Positions 11,101 to 24,144 of a DNA stretch of 64,000 nucleotides are shown here, in pieces. The translations under genes were made by a program, and so were the position numbers. The DNA comes from Klebsormidium nitens (Eukaryota > Plantae > Klebsormidiophyceae), in the NCBI GenBank assembly GCA_000708835.1, contig DF237125.1:1-64000 (forward strand), written 5' to 3'. The notes under the pieces were generated by a model. It did no database searches and was not told the DNA's origin. It saw only the letters and a program-made list of their open reading frames with translations. The number at the start of each line of letters is the position of its first letter. Position 1 is the stretch's first letter.

Positions 11101-14100
11101 TGCCACAGCCGTCGCACCGAGGGCGTCCTCCAAAAGGGGCAGACCCGGGTGAGCAATTTGCACCAGAGAAAGACTCTGAAAGGAAGCTCAAGAGAGCGCG
11201 TGGGACTTAAAGGACTTGGAAAGACAGACTGTGAGCAGCAACCGTCTCCTTCACACAGAAACTTGTTCCGCGAACAAAGGCTTGTTGACCGGGGGACTAC
11301 CCGTTCCAGACAACTCCGTAAAGAGCCTCAGAACCGAAAGCACACCTTCTACAGAGAGCGCTCGACCGTTCGTTTCCTTTGTTTTAGCTGCAAGGCCCAC
11401 AAGACGCCAATCTACCCGTTCTAGTCAACAGAGAACTGCAGGATGCTCTCCGAGGTACTATGAAGGAGAAGCGTACCTTCAACAGAGAACTTTCATTCTT
11501 CCGCTCCCAATCTTTCCGCTGGAAGATGCACTTGACGCACTTTACCCGTTCTAGTTCCACAAACATTTGCAGGCACAGACTCCTTCTACAGGCGCTACAA
11601 AACGCGGAGCGTACCTTCAACAGAGAGCTCTCGATCGTTCGCTCCCCCTCTTTCCGCTGCAAGACGCACTTGACGCCGAGGCCCCCGTCCGTGGTCCTGA
11701 CGTTGAGCAGTCGGACGTCCACCCCCGCGCCGCTGCCGTACCGCACTACACGGACGCCATCTGTAAGGAACGGCACATTAGCTGTGATCCTTGAAAGCGA
11801 TCCTTGTGATTGTCCACACCTGATGTCTTGTGCTCCACCTGAAACACACTCTCTCATTTCCGTCCTGATTGTGTTCTTTTGACAATCCAAAAACACGACG
11901 GAAAAGTTGCAAACGGAAGGACCTCGGCTGATCGAACCGCTTTGCAGCACGAGCGAAGTTGCACAGCGTCTCAGGGTGTCTGCCTCAGGTTTTCCAGTTC
12001 TTTGGTCCATTCTGAAAAGAAACAGTGCTTTTACGGCGAACGATTCCGACATACAATCAGCAACAGAGAGCCAGGTTTCCCTTAGGTTCGAGTTACGACG
12101 GAGCGCCCGAGGCAGTTTCAATCGCGAACAGCTCCGAGGTTATCAAGCCGCCGAGCGTGCCCCTGATATCAATGCAGCCACGCTTGGGGTGGAAACATGC
12201 CTAGCTTACGCCCCTGGTTTTCTCGGCTGCTAAGGGGCAGACTCGAGAAGAGGATGGCTTAGAAAATTGCCAGCGATGCAACACACCTGAAATCGGTAGC
12301 GCAGCAACCAAGGGGTCATCCATGTTGAGAACGACCGTGTCACCCGCTCGCGCGGTTTCGAAGAGCTCGCCTTTGGCCTGCGCCACCGCTTCCACCGTAC
12401 CCAACTGAAGGACGGGGACGACATGAGTGTTACTTGAGCTTTTAAAGTAGACCAGATTAAAATGCTACTTCTTGTCGAAATCAGGGCTCAGCATTTGCTT
12501 GTGAGATCGACAACTTTGAGCAAAAGTCTCAATGGTTTGCCCAAGACGTTCAGCATCTCTGCCCGAAGAACGACCCACCACGCCCAAAGTGCGAAGGTAA
12601 AAATTTTAGTGAGCACGACGAGAACGCGTAAACGAACTGTCACATCACCAGAATTCCGACATTGTTCCAGCTCCACAAGCTCAGTCGATCGTTGAAACAA
12701 CAGAATTTTGCGCCGGAAAGCCAGACGGGGAGAGCATGACCACCTTGCTCGGTGCTGAAAGTTGAGTATACAAAGTGTTGACATACTTGGGGCCAATCTG
12801 AGAGCGGATGCTTCGGCATCAGGACCAAAAGTCGCTCGACGCAACTTCAGCATAATAAGGAGTAAACCGATTGGAGTTGAGAGGTACTTTGTGGCCTCTT
12901 AACAGAAAATCGGTTGGGTATGACGCTGTAGTACTGGCCATCCGACTGTTCAGTGGTTTCATGGCCGTCTTCAAGGTAGGTTGTCGTCAGCGTTTGATCT
13001 TGATGCCAAGCTGCAACTCTGTGCAAACATTTTGAACCTTCGCAAAGCCGGCCTCCAGCAGTTCACCAGGGCGCGTCTAGTTCAATGAGATGTTTCTTCG
13101 AATATCTATCCAAAATCTGCAGCGTAAAGCGTAACACCACCTAGCAAGGCGATCCAGAAAGTGACTCAAGTGTCGACGGCGTTGTCAGGCGTTTGTTCAA
13201 GATTGACAGAAGAGGAGGTGGACTGCTATATGGCTTCCTGGAGAAGTTGTTGGGCGTCTCTCAAACCGCCCACGAAATGTGTCCTCATAACCAGACCAAT
13301 ACCGACTCGCTGACCGGTATACTACGCAGGAAGTGTGAGGTTATAAAGAAGATTTACAAAAGAGCATCCACGCATCACAAGAACTAGACAAAGAGGTTCT
13401 GCAAAGCAGTTCCGAAAGACAAACACGGCATGCGAGACTGACAAGGTGAAGGGTGAAGGGTCACAATCAGGCCACGCCCCGCTTCTTTTACGTTATAAAC
13501 ATAGACTGGTACAACATATGCAGAGAAAAAGAAGAAGGACTTTCTTCCCGGGAAACGTTCAGGTCTGGAAAGAAAGGCTTGCTCACGTCCAGTTACCAAA
13601 GTCCCGCCTGCTCGTCTTAATATCTTTCTCAACGCGCTCAGAGCAGAAGCAAATGCGTCACAACCCACGATTTATTGGTAAGTGGCTCAGAGTAAGGCCG
13701 CGAATTTCTGGCGACCTATTTCTCGTGTTGAAGGAAGTGCTTGCGCGTCCTCAGGACTGAGACCTTCGCTTTTGGAAGCTCAGCCAGACTCCGGCCGGAC
13801 AATCGTCACACGTTTACTAAATGTTCAATGCGCATTGCGCCGCTGTGCGCGCCAGTCTGCGTATTCCTCGTCTTGGTGGCCGGAAAACTGTAGGGCGCCC
13901 TCAAGGACGGATGGTAACCCTGTATGACTTGACGATGACTTTGCAACGTACGTTCTTTTCTCTGAACAGAAGATAGCACCAATCCATCTACTGTGAAACT
14001 TACATTAACAAGCTGAATCTCGTACTGGCTCAACTCTTTGCGAATGTGGGTTCCCTTCAAGGCGCCCAGGAAAGGCCTCTTCATAGCCAGCTCAAAGCTT

Positions 14101-17100
14101 AACCCATGATGGTATTGTGCAGTTGATGAAGACGATACTTGACAAGAGAAGTAGACTCGCTTCGAAGGACTCAAGATCAAGTAACCTTGAAGCAGAACAA
14201 GGCGCAAATTTATCTGGAGGTCCTCTGCCAGAAGTCAGGATTAACGGAACGGAGCAAGCGTACCAAGGGGTCCTTCCGGAAAAGGCTGCCAAGAACAGCT
14301 CTGGGCACTAAAACCTGGGGGCCTCGTTCTTCATGGAACTAGTATTGACCCCAGTGGTGACCACTTGGGAGAAGACAGGCACCGTCATGCTCATAATGGG
14401 TAGGCTTCACTGCATATGCCTCCTCCCTCAACAACAAAGAACACAATCCTGGATGAAGGAACACACTTTGGCGCAGCTTAGGCACAGTCCCGAACAGCTT
14501 AACCGATGGCTTAGCGAGTGACTTCCACTTGGCGAAAGAAAGAGTACGAGGACGAGATTAGCATTTTGGACGTCAAGTCTTCATGTTTCTCAGGACTGAA
14601 GTCACGTTCAAGAACGGGCAAAAAAGGTCTGTTGAAACAGACCGCCCTTTGCTCGACTGAACGTGACATAAGGCTTAGGGGATACACCTAACCGAAATAC
14701 CTTGAAACCAAAAGTTCTTACAAATGCATCAAAGGCGGGATTGGCACGTAACAGACAGCATGGCCTCCTGTCTGGTAAAGCTTGCTAGACATGATGATGA
14801 GAAAGCACCAAAGCACAGAAGAGGCAAAGACGTATATCTCTGGCCGGCTCCTCTTCGTTCGAGCAACTGGGCTTGACCCCGGAAAGAGCTCGTCCTTGCC
14901 AGGCTTCCGCCCACGAAAGTATCTACTGTGTAATTTGAGAAGCCACAGCACCAAACGGCATGCGCCAGAAGTACACATGCTTTGCCATAAGCTGACGTGA
15001 GTGCCTCAATATCATTTCTCCCTTCTGGGCGGAGAGAAAGGAGCGTGCGTTGGATGCATTGTTGATCTCAGCACAACAAGGGTGATAGGTGCCATTTTTT
15101 GTTTGAAGAGGTCCTGAAGACAGAGTCAACACAAAACCTTATGGTCTTCTGACACCGGTGAACCTCGACCAGAAGAAGAGGCAAACGAAGTTCGTCTGGC
15201 TACTCGGATTACGATTGAATGTGTTAATCAGGGCTTCAGCAGTGCGAAGAAGGAATGGGCTAAGCAAAAGTGCGTGACGCCCATATCGTCACGCATCACT
15301 GCCTGACTACTTCGCCTCCCGAAATACGTTCCGAGATGTTGCTCCTACTCGTAAATATGTCGAGCACGGCATTCAACGATACCAACCCGGTACACAAACT
15401 GCAAAAGCTCTAAGGGTGCGCGTCGACCGAAAAGCTGCGAGAAGCTTTCCAGATTTTGCGGCCAATCGGATGGCTTTTCATATCCACGTGGTAACTGGAG
15501 GTACATACCAAATGCGTAATATGGCTTTACAAGTACCGTACCTCCTACCTGTCGGTACTACAAAGGCAACACTGGAGGCCAAGTAGATTTTTCGGTCGAC
15601 GCGCAACCTAAAGCCCGAAGAGTTTGACCATCGCTTCATCCCGGCATCATTTCCAGAATCTCTTTGAGCATTTGTTGCTCAGAATGTCGAAGAGTTTCAC
15701 TGCCAAAAGGGTGCTCGGTACCTTCCCATACTCGGAACGCGCCATGTGAGTGAAGTGGATACATGAATGAATGAATAAATGAATGCAGGGTCAGCTTGCA
15801 CACCTTGATCCAACTTAGAAGGCGAAAAACAAGCAACGGACGGCCGCTGTCTCCTGGATGGAAATCTACTCAAACTTGGTAAACAGCCGACGGTCTCAAG
15901 TGAACTCAGAGCCTAGCGTTGCAAAGATGGGAACTTCAGCTCCCCTTTTTGACCTCAAGTCGTCCTGGGATCATTCAGAAGGTCAGGTGGGGCGTTGGAA
16001 GGAAAAGTTTCATCAAGACCTGGTCAAACAACGTTGACATATGGCCAGCCATTGGCGTCTGAAAAATCCGCGCCAGGTTTCTGCTAACAGAAGGCGCTTT
16101 CTTACATCCCTGCTAACGAGTACTATAGCAGAGAAGGCACGTGAGTGGAAACGCCAAACGCTGGGCGGAGATTTTCGTATTGCGGTAAGGCCGGAAAGTG
16201 ACAGTGCTCCGTCCCATTCAGAGGCCGCAAGCCGAACAGAGACGGGCGTATATTGGCCGCCCACTTAAGGGAGACGGCTTCGAGGTTGCTCTCGATGAAG
16301 CTTTTCGCGCTCTCCCTGGTGCAAATAAACAAAAAAAGAGCAACAAAATCCGGTACGTTCTCAGATGTCCTTAAGGGCACCCCTGAGAAGGGCGAGCATA
16401 TCAAACGCTGCAACCAAACAGCATACTATGCGAAGAAGGTGTTTTACTTTGGGCCTTTGCATGAATGTAAAGAGGTCGACAGGCGGTAAGACCCGTGATT
16501 GGCAGCCGACTCGCTCAAGTATCGATGAGACGGCGTTGGCTGATGCATTCCTATGGGCATGAACAGCCCAGCGTGTCTATCCTCCTTGCCGAAAGCTTGT
16601 CAGGCACAACCTCAGTTGAACATTCTTCTTTGATGCAGACTCCGATGAGGCTTTCGGCCAATGAGAAAGCATAGCTGCTGCCAAAGCAGATGCCTTTAGC
16701 TGTCACGGACTGAACAACCAAGGCGTCCACCAACCGCGGGCTGCGGCCTACTTCCGATTCTCCTCACAAAACCCCGCGACTTACACGAAAGAAGGCAGAT
16801 GCGGAAAGACCTTAGCAGAACCCGGAAAACAGAGTTGCGGAAATGGGAATGGAGCAGTTACGTTCGTCCGGTACTGACGTAGGACCAGACCTCTGGGACG
16901 CTCTCGGGACTTGGGGCCTGACCGACGAGACCCCATCAAGGTTCAAAAACGTAGACAAAACCTCGGCTTCTGGCTTGACACCCGATTTGCCATTGAGCTT
17001 AGGGCTTATTTCAAGGCTCTCAAAAGTGCATCATAACCGAGTGAGATTAATAGCTTCGATGAAAGGCACCCCTCAGACATTGCAACAGGCACCGCAACAA

Positions 17101-20100
17101 TCTGCCACGGCCGCGAGCAGCGGTGAGTCAGAAAGCGGAGCCGCTTAAGAGGGCTCCAAATCAAGTCGGGTGCTTTTGGGGTTTTAGGGGTTAGTATCCT
17201 GAACAGAAGTCTTCATGCACGAAGTTGCGGGTGGCGAAGCAAATGTACCAGATTTCCAATCTTGCAGAGTTTGGTAGGACACCTCTCATCGGATACAAGG
17301 GGGCCTTGTTCACAACACAGCTAGTAACGGCCGCTATCACTTGCTGCCCATCGAAAGTTGCGAGCTGCAAATTCCAGCAGAAGATGTTGTGCTTCAGCAT
17401 AGAAAACGACACGTACAAGCCCTTCTCATCAGAAGACAAGCAGCCGTCATGATTATAAGGATAGAGAACCACTGCCTGTGACTCCTCCGTGAGAATGCCC
17501 AGCGAAGCGTCCCCTCTCCTGGGTGCGTACACACAAGCAGACGCAAACAGAGAGCCAGAACCGAACCGCGCGGACGGTGGCCCAACGAGTTATATCCACC
17601 TTTCGAAGAAGCCATTGATGACTGGACCCTGGGGTCCCAATCTTTCTCGGGGATGAAGTCACGTTGGAAACAAAACAAGAGATCCTGGTCACCTACACCG
17701 CTGTTCATGCGACTAAAAGTGAAGAATAATAGCCGAATCATGTGCATCTCTAAATACCAAAATGGCAAAGCGAGTGGGGTCTGTCGCAGGAGCCCTTGCT
17801 TTCTATCGTTCAGCAGGTGGGTTCTTACATCCTTGCTAACAATGATATTAGGAAATGGCACATAGACGGTCTCACAGAGTCGCTGGTAGATCTTTTTAAC
17901 TGCGGCAATGCCAATTAGCAGGGTAATCCCAGCATGTTGCAAAACCGACGAGCCAATAAGAGGCGAGCACATGTCGGGCCGCCCAATTAGAAGAAGGACA
18001 CTAAGTTCGCCATTGATGCAGCTTTTGCGCTCCTCCCTAGTGGGAAGCAAGGGATAATTATTGAGAAAGGACGGCCTACTTTATGGAAACGATGTAAGGA
18101 CACCGCTGCAAGAGGCAAGCGTTCACATTTTCACAGCGTTAAAGGTACCCCAGCAAACGAAGTAAAACCCAGGGCTCTTAATCTCGATGAAAAAGGCTGA
18201 ACAAGCCACAAAACCAGTGAAGGTCAGCCGGATTGCTGACAGCAACGAACGGCGTCGGGATTGGGTTACTTCATTGGCTTGACCAACCCAACATCTCCAG
18301 TCCTCCTTGCCACAACCATGTTAAGCACAGCGAGGTTGCACGATCATTATCGAGCCGGAGTGCAGAAAGCACATGTTGCTGCCAAGCAATCCGTTAAGCA
18401 TTGTCGGCCTAAACAGTCAAAGACCTGATAAAACCGCGCTGCGGCCCTTCCTTACCACACAAAGGCCACTTCCGAAAGGGTCGCCGAAGTCACGAGGATA
18501 GAGTCGCGGGACATAAGTGAAGAACATGCATAAGAGGGCAACACGACATGTGTTTGTCGTTGAGATTCTGACACGGATTAAGGACTTGCAAGCTGACGAC
18601 GCTGTCGCATTCAACTTGCTAAGGGGATAAGGAAGTCGGCGACAGCAGAATCTCGCAAGGGCCAATGAGCACAGCGCTTCTCCGAAGGCTCTTCGAAAGT
18701 GCATCATAGCCGACGAGGCCAATAGCTTCACGAAAGGCGCTCCACAGAAACCGCAAGAGGCTCCGTACTGATTTTCCCCGGCCGCTAGGGGCGGCCGACG
18801 ACAGCTTGACGGATTCTGAACGAGTGTTCGACTGACCAGCCAGGGGGCCCGACCAGCAGGAAGACAAGATATATGAAATGATGACGGGATTACTCGAGTG
18901 CAAAAGGTTGGATCCCGAGGAAAAGGCAGATTTAAAAACAGAAAAAGTCTCCTTACACGGCGAAAGCAATAGGATCCGAAAGCCGCACAGCGAAGGCTTC
19001 ATAGTGCTGGCAAAGAATCAAAGAAAGAATCAACGGCCATTGCTGACCAGTCGTTCATAAAAGTTGGCCGTACGGAGGGAAGCGTGGCGAGGGCCCGGCA
19101 AACAGAGCCAGTGCTCCTACTTTTGATAAGAAAAATGATATCCAGGCCAATATGAAAGCGGTAACGTTCTTCGGTTAGGACCAAACGACTTTGGAAAAGC
19201 CGCCTTCCCAACATCCGCAGAGTTTCGAGCTTCTGAAAGGTGCGGCCGAGGGTAGCAATCCGTTTACGAACGACGAATATGTCAAGATTCTAATGCGGGA
19301 GACACTGAGTTGGCGTCAGATTGACTTACGTGCTCGGCAGTCACGCGGGGCCTTTTAAGATCGTCAGTTCAGAAGGCAGACAGAGCATCTTTGACAGGTA
19401 TCAGAATCTTCGTGCACGGAACTGATGGGTTGCATGGCGTCGGCTTTCAGTTCGGACGAGTGGGCTATCAAAGGAATCACCCAGCGTGACTTTCCCTCAT
19501 GGCCACGCAACATTCATAGATGGCGCAAGCCAGTAGAAAGAGCCATCGACTCTACCAGTCCAGTAGCAACCGGATTTGGCGATCCGGATGAGACACGACA
19601 AAAGTGCAGCATTCACATGACGCGAAGAACACCCCCGCCGGTACGTCGACTCAGGAAGAAGCATAAAGGCTCAAGCGTTTCATCGAGAGCGGACAGCTTC
19701 TCGGTACTCACCCCTTCGAGATGCACTGGCCCGACGTTGGTTATGAGTCGAACGGTGGGGCGGCAGATCCCGGCCAGCTCGGCTATCTCCCCGGCGTGGT
19801 TCATGCCAAGCTCCTGCAGAAGCGTAGCTAGGCAGTGTGAGCTCAATTTTGAGAGGGCCGGCCCGTAGAAGTTCAATTGAATACGAGACTACGAGTCCAT
19901 TTTCTGCGCGACGCCCCTTCTAAAGCCGAAACGTACACCAGAGTGGACACAGGACCGTCGCTTGGATCAGAAAAGATGTCATACACGGGCAGATGCTTGA
20001 TGAACGGGTTTCAATTGTGCTCAAAACCGACCTCCTCGGAAAAGAAGCAGTGCTCACAGACTGACACCGAGCTTTGGCTTTTGAAAACACGTTGAATATT

Positions 20101-23100
20101 GATGTCCTTGCCATCTGCTTCTCTCTTGAGAGCCCGCATGCGACGTAGGTCGTTCCGTCCAAGAAGCAGCCCCACCCATGCTGACAGTTCCGTCCGCTTA
20201 CGACCAACTGAAGCACCTAGTGCAAGGTATGTCTCTATCAATCACAGAATCACGAACCGTATTATACAAATTGACCAAATGACTATGCTTGAGCCTTCGG
20301 GTCCTTATCAGGTATAAGCAATTGATCTGGGGCCAGGTTTCCCTCTCGGAGTGGTGCCTTCAGTCTCTACTATTTGTCTCGTGTTAAAGGATGAGAAGTT
20401 CTGCTCAGTCCATTCTCCCGCCCAGCACGGAATCGCTAAGAAACATCATCGAATACAACTTACCAGCACCAAAGCCTTCGAGTGACAGGGGGTAGCGAGC
20501 AGCGTCAAGGGGACCCCGATGTGATTGTTCAGGTTGCCGCGTGTCTCATGCACGTGGCCCTGTCAGGAGGCCAATCCTGACTTCAGAAGTTGCCCCACTC
20601 GGCAACCCAGACCATGATTTTCAAATCCTGCTCACTTTCGTTCGAGGCGCTCAGGAAGGTAGGCTAAGAAAACCAGATGGACCCTGCCATAACCGTTGCC
20701 GCTGGAACAGCCTGATGCGTCGGGTGAAGAGAGATATCAAAGCCGAAACTCGGTGACTGACTAACGCACCTGGCACCTCTTCCCAAAAAGAGAGAAGCAC
20801 AGGATGCCTTTGAGGTGCCACAGTTGGCGACACTAATTTGTTCATACAGTCGCACAAAGAACTTCGATAGAGAGCCAGTACTGGAAAGCAGTAAACGGCC
20901 TTGCGGGTCCCCACGGCAAAGCTCTTTACGTTGGATAGCACGTTCATATTATGATTTCTAGACCCGCGTTTGATATCTGCGGCCCCAGATTTCTGCTGAC
21001 TTTTGAGCTTCCTTGACTAGGAGGGGCTTGAATGGCGCTGTCTCTCACCAGCGAGCGTAGTGCGAGTCCAACCATTGCGCGAGTCCCCGTCTTTCCAGAG
21101 CTGCCTGCAGAAGGCGAGAATGAGATATGATGCATATGTTGCAGCTAGAAAAGGACAACTCTTCAGGACGAAAGGAAAGAGGAACGCATATCGCAGTAAG
21201 TCGAGAGCCACCATAATCCAACGCTAAACAACCTCAAGACGTGGCACCATCTGATGAGGATTGTGTGGTCCTTCGAATCCCGCTATGACAACACACAGTC
21301 GTTGGGTGAGAGCCTGGAACAGAAAAAAGGTCCAGCCAGCTGACGACAACATTGAGGATAGAGTGAGAGGGGAACGAATGCCAGAAGACGCCAGGATAAT
21401 GGGTCTCACACCGAGTGTTTGAAGGCACCTGAAAGGTCAACAGTTGCTTGGGACAAGAGTTCGGAATACATGCAGGTGCTGAGGGAACTCGAAGTAAACC
21501 TTAGACGTGTCCCAGGGTAGAAACAGGACACCAATCAAATCTATCCATGGAAGCTGGAATCCATCCTTCTTCCCGGGTGGAGCCAGAGACTATCTCACCC
21601 GTGATACCAACGACCGGGCCCTGGGATCGGTCCCGGACATGAGAAGCTAGCTGCTGGAGAGCAACCAGTGTGTCATCCACTTGAAGGAAGCCGCGAGACC
21701 AGTTGGAAGGCACGGCGATTCCAATCGCCCCGGCGATTCCAATCGCCCCGGCGCTGGCAACAAACAAAAAAAGCGTGTTAGGCAGGAAAGAACGCGAGTG
21801 ACTACCTTGTTAATCATGTTCTAGATTGTTTAGCAGAGACTAAAGGGGCCATCGCTGGTGGGATTAAAACAGACATGTGGCTATGTTTGAACAGCTTTGG
21901 GAGACAGACGCACCAAAAGCAAAACTTTCCTCCTTGATAGTGGGAGGCCTCCGATGCTTTGGATTTGACTGAAGCAGTGCCAGAGTTATCGTGCTCTTAT
22001 GCCGACAGAAAGTTGCATCTGAAATGGAAGTGGAGAGCGAGATCAGCATTCTGTCTGCATCGGCTGACGTGGGTTGAGAAGCAAACTCCCAGTTATCATC
22101 TGGTTCAGTATTGGTGGACCCATCTTGAGATTGCGCTTTATCAGGGAACAGCCGTTTCCTACACTTGACTTGACGAATCCGAAGCGTAGGTCCTGAAATA
22201 AAAGCAGAGACAACAAGCTCAAGCTTTGAGGTTGTCCATAGAAACTCACCAGCCTTTCTCTGCAACTTCGTTCAAGAAGTCGTGCCCATCGAAGCGGTCA
22301 CCCTTCAAAGCAAGGAACCAATCCCCCTCCTGGACGATGCGGCTGCACAGCAATTGCTTGTCAGTGTCAGAGAGCACTTCCACAAGAAATCTTAATTCGG
22401 AAAATCGAAAACGGAGAAGAAAAGTGAGAGGTACAGAAACAAAATGCAGCTTATATGCCCTATGATCTGAACTTGGCCGCAGAAACCGTTCAAATGCAAT
22501 GGTTTCTTGTGTGGACCTGAGATCTGTAGCCCTCAAGGTCCCATGTTAGTCAAATTGACAAGCCTCCTTTGAACAGAATAGATTGCACCCTTCAAGAAAG
22601 AGAATCAGACTGGTAGAAAGGTCTGCGTCAATCCTTGCAGATCATGATCTCCTGGCTAGAGGGGCTAACATACATCAACATACCTGTCGGTGCAGATACT
22701 GCCCGGTGGCCCATCTTTCAACAATTTGCCCCCTGTACGAAACAAAAGCACGTTCAGGCATCTATGCCACAGCGCATAACCAGCTCTTTCTTCGCCTCTT
22801 TTTTAAAAAGGTTCAAACGACCTGGTTATAATTTAAGCGTCTTTTACCTTCAAAATCATTTCAAACCAGGCGCTTGTGGCTTCTACTGTGAAGCTTGGGC
22901 ACATCCAACCAAAGCAAGCTTAGCGATGCATCGCTAGCTCTAAAGTTACTCGAAGACCCCGTGTTGAATGCCACTATAATCCAAGGGGCAGTAGCAACTG
23001 AGTAACCCAAGAAAAGGACAGCATTCTCTTTCACAGTGCACCTGTTGTAGGCTATGCACCATTTCACACTAATCTTGAAAGACACACCAGATATGACCCA

Positions 23101-23526
23101 GACTGAGGAAATATGCATTGACAGAGGACTCCATGCGCGAATCTTGCCTGTTGCTTTCAACAGCTCTTCTGGGCTGAAAATGACACCATGCCTTCCATCC
23201 TGCCAGCTCTGTGCATCTGATTTGGGTGGTGCAGTGTCGGTCGAAGTCACGGCCGCGACCCGTGCGCTATGTGAGTCCCTTTGGGGACTACTTTTCGGGC
23301 GGCCATAACACAAAGGTTTGCTGGATTGAAAAGCAAGGCTAAGCTGTTTGTGATTTACATAAATGCCATGTCTTCCATTGGTATGCGAACAGACACTCGT
23401 CTTCTGGCGCGGAGCTGGCAGCGGGAGTTGGACTTCTCCTGGACAACTTTCTTTCTGGAGAATTCCTGCCCCCAAGCTGATTTGATATGGCTGTGCAAGA
23501 GCAGGTGAGAAAGTGCCGGACCCCAT
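8124..23526 (-). CDS. murF: Plastid-type UDP-N-acetylmuramoyl-tripeptide--D-alanyl-D-alanine ligase (MurF), 13 exons
   Basis: Phase-consistent exons: 23526-23148 (transit-peptide-like, GC donor), 22732-22684, 22342-22250, 21753-21599, 21104-21049, 20559-20464, 19813-19712, 12404-12287, 11760-11615, 10751-10614, 10032-9897, 9088-8948, 8296-8124. MurF motifs: TDSR..GDWFLALKGDRFDGHDF, VGITGSSGKT, GNLNNHIGVPLTL, ELGMNHAGEI, TNVGPVHLEG, AKGELF, NDAYNANPMS, LGDMLELG, VLVKGSRGLKME. Confidence 0.93.
8948..9445 (-). repeat. Three tandem ~177-bp copies spanning the acceptor and 5' part of MurF exon 12
   Basis: TTCTCGAAAC.CCTCGCCGCAGACTGCC recurs at 8988, 9164 and (variant) 9342. Each copy encodes a variant of LGQASRQAHIEVLQQCVESRIDLVAVCGE after a CAG acceptor. 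Confidence 0.9.
10411..10444. repeat. (ACGAA)6+ microsatellite in a MurF intron
   Basis: acgaaacgaaacgaaacgaaacgaaacgaaacga read directly. Confidence 0.9.
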
Positions 23527-23878
23527 TGTTCACTTTCCTTAGGCTTTCATCTCAGCTTAAATCAGCGGATAGAAAGAGATGAAGCACTTGACCATACTTT
23601 CTAGCGACCTCTTCCGGCCTCCTGACTTTTGCCATTGGCATTGGAAAATGCAAATTGCAATGCAGACATTGCATGTTGCGTGCATTGGCTTCGTCACAAC
23701 TTGAACTTCCAGGTGGGTTGAGCGCCTAGATTCTTAACCAAGCATTAACCCGGTCACATAGCCTCCCGGTCATCGGTCGCCGGACTCAAACATGGCCTCA
23801 TGTGCTAGAATAAACGACCCGGTTCACTTCACTCCGGCCACCCTTGATAAAACCTGCCAAAACCCAATCGGGTTACGA

Positions 23879-23899
23879 TTTTTGGCGCGAAGGGTTACA
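23879..23899 (+). promoter_or_regulatory. E2F-like site upstream of the SAE1 pseudogene, in the divergent MurF/SAE1-pseudogene spacer
   Basis: TTTTTGGCGCGAAGGGTTACA contains TTTGGCGC (E2F consensus TTTSSCGS) and is identical to 33305-33325. Confidence 0.55.
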
Positions 23900-24144
23900 T
23901 AAATCGATTCGTGCAGAGTCGGAAATAGTCTGAGCTAGGCGCCATTTCATAGCGCAGAAAACAGGTGACATGTCCTTGCAAGGGAGCTTCCTACGCCCTA
24001 TCTGTATACGGTATATGATCCAATTCTCAGGAGAAGCGCCACCATCATTTCCTGGTCTGCATTGGGACTCAGCAAGGCTTACGGAAGGTTATACTTTAAG
24101 GCGCGAGAGGGAAGGGCTTCAAAAGGACAGTCCGAGTTGTCACA

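Noticed and set aside
17191-18050. Long ORFs (113 and 218 aa) inside the 7.3-kb MurF intron
   Set aside because: No recognisable domain or consistent splice structure. They could be decayed insertions, but this is unsupported.
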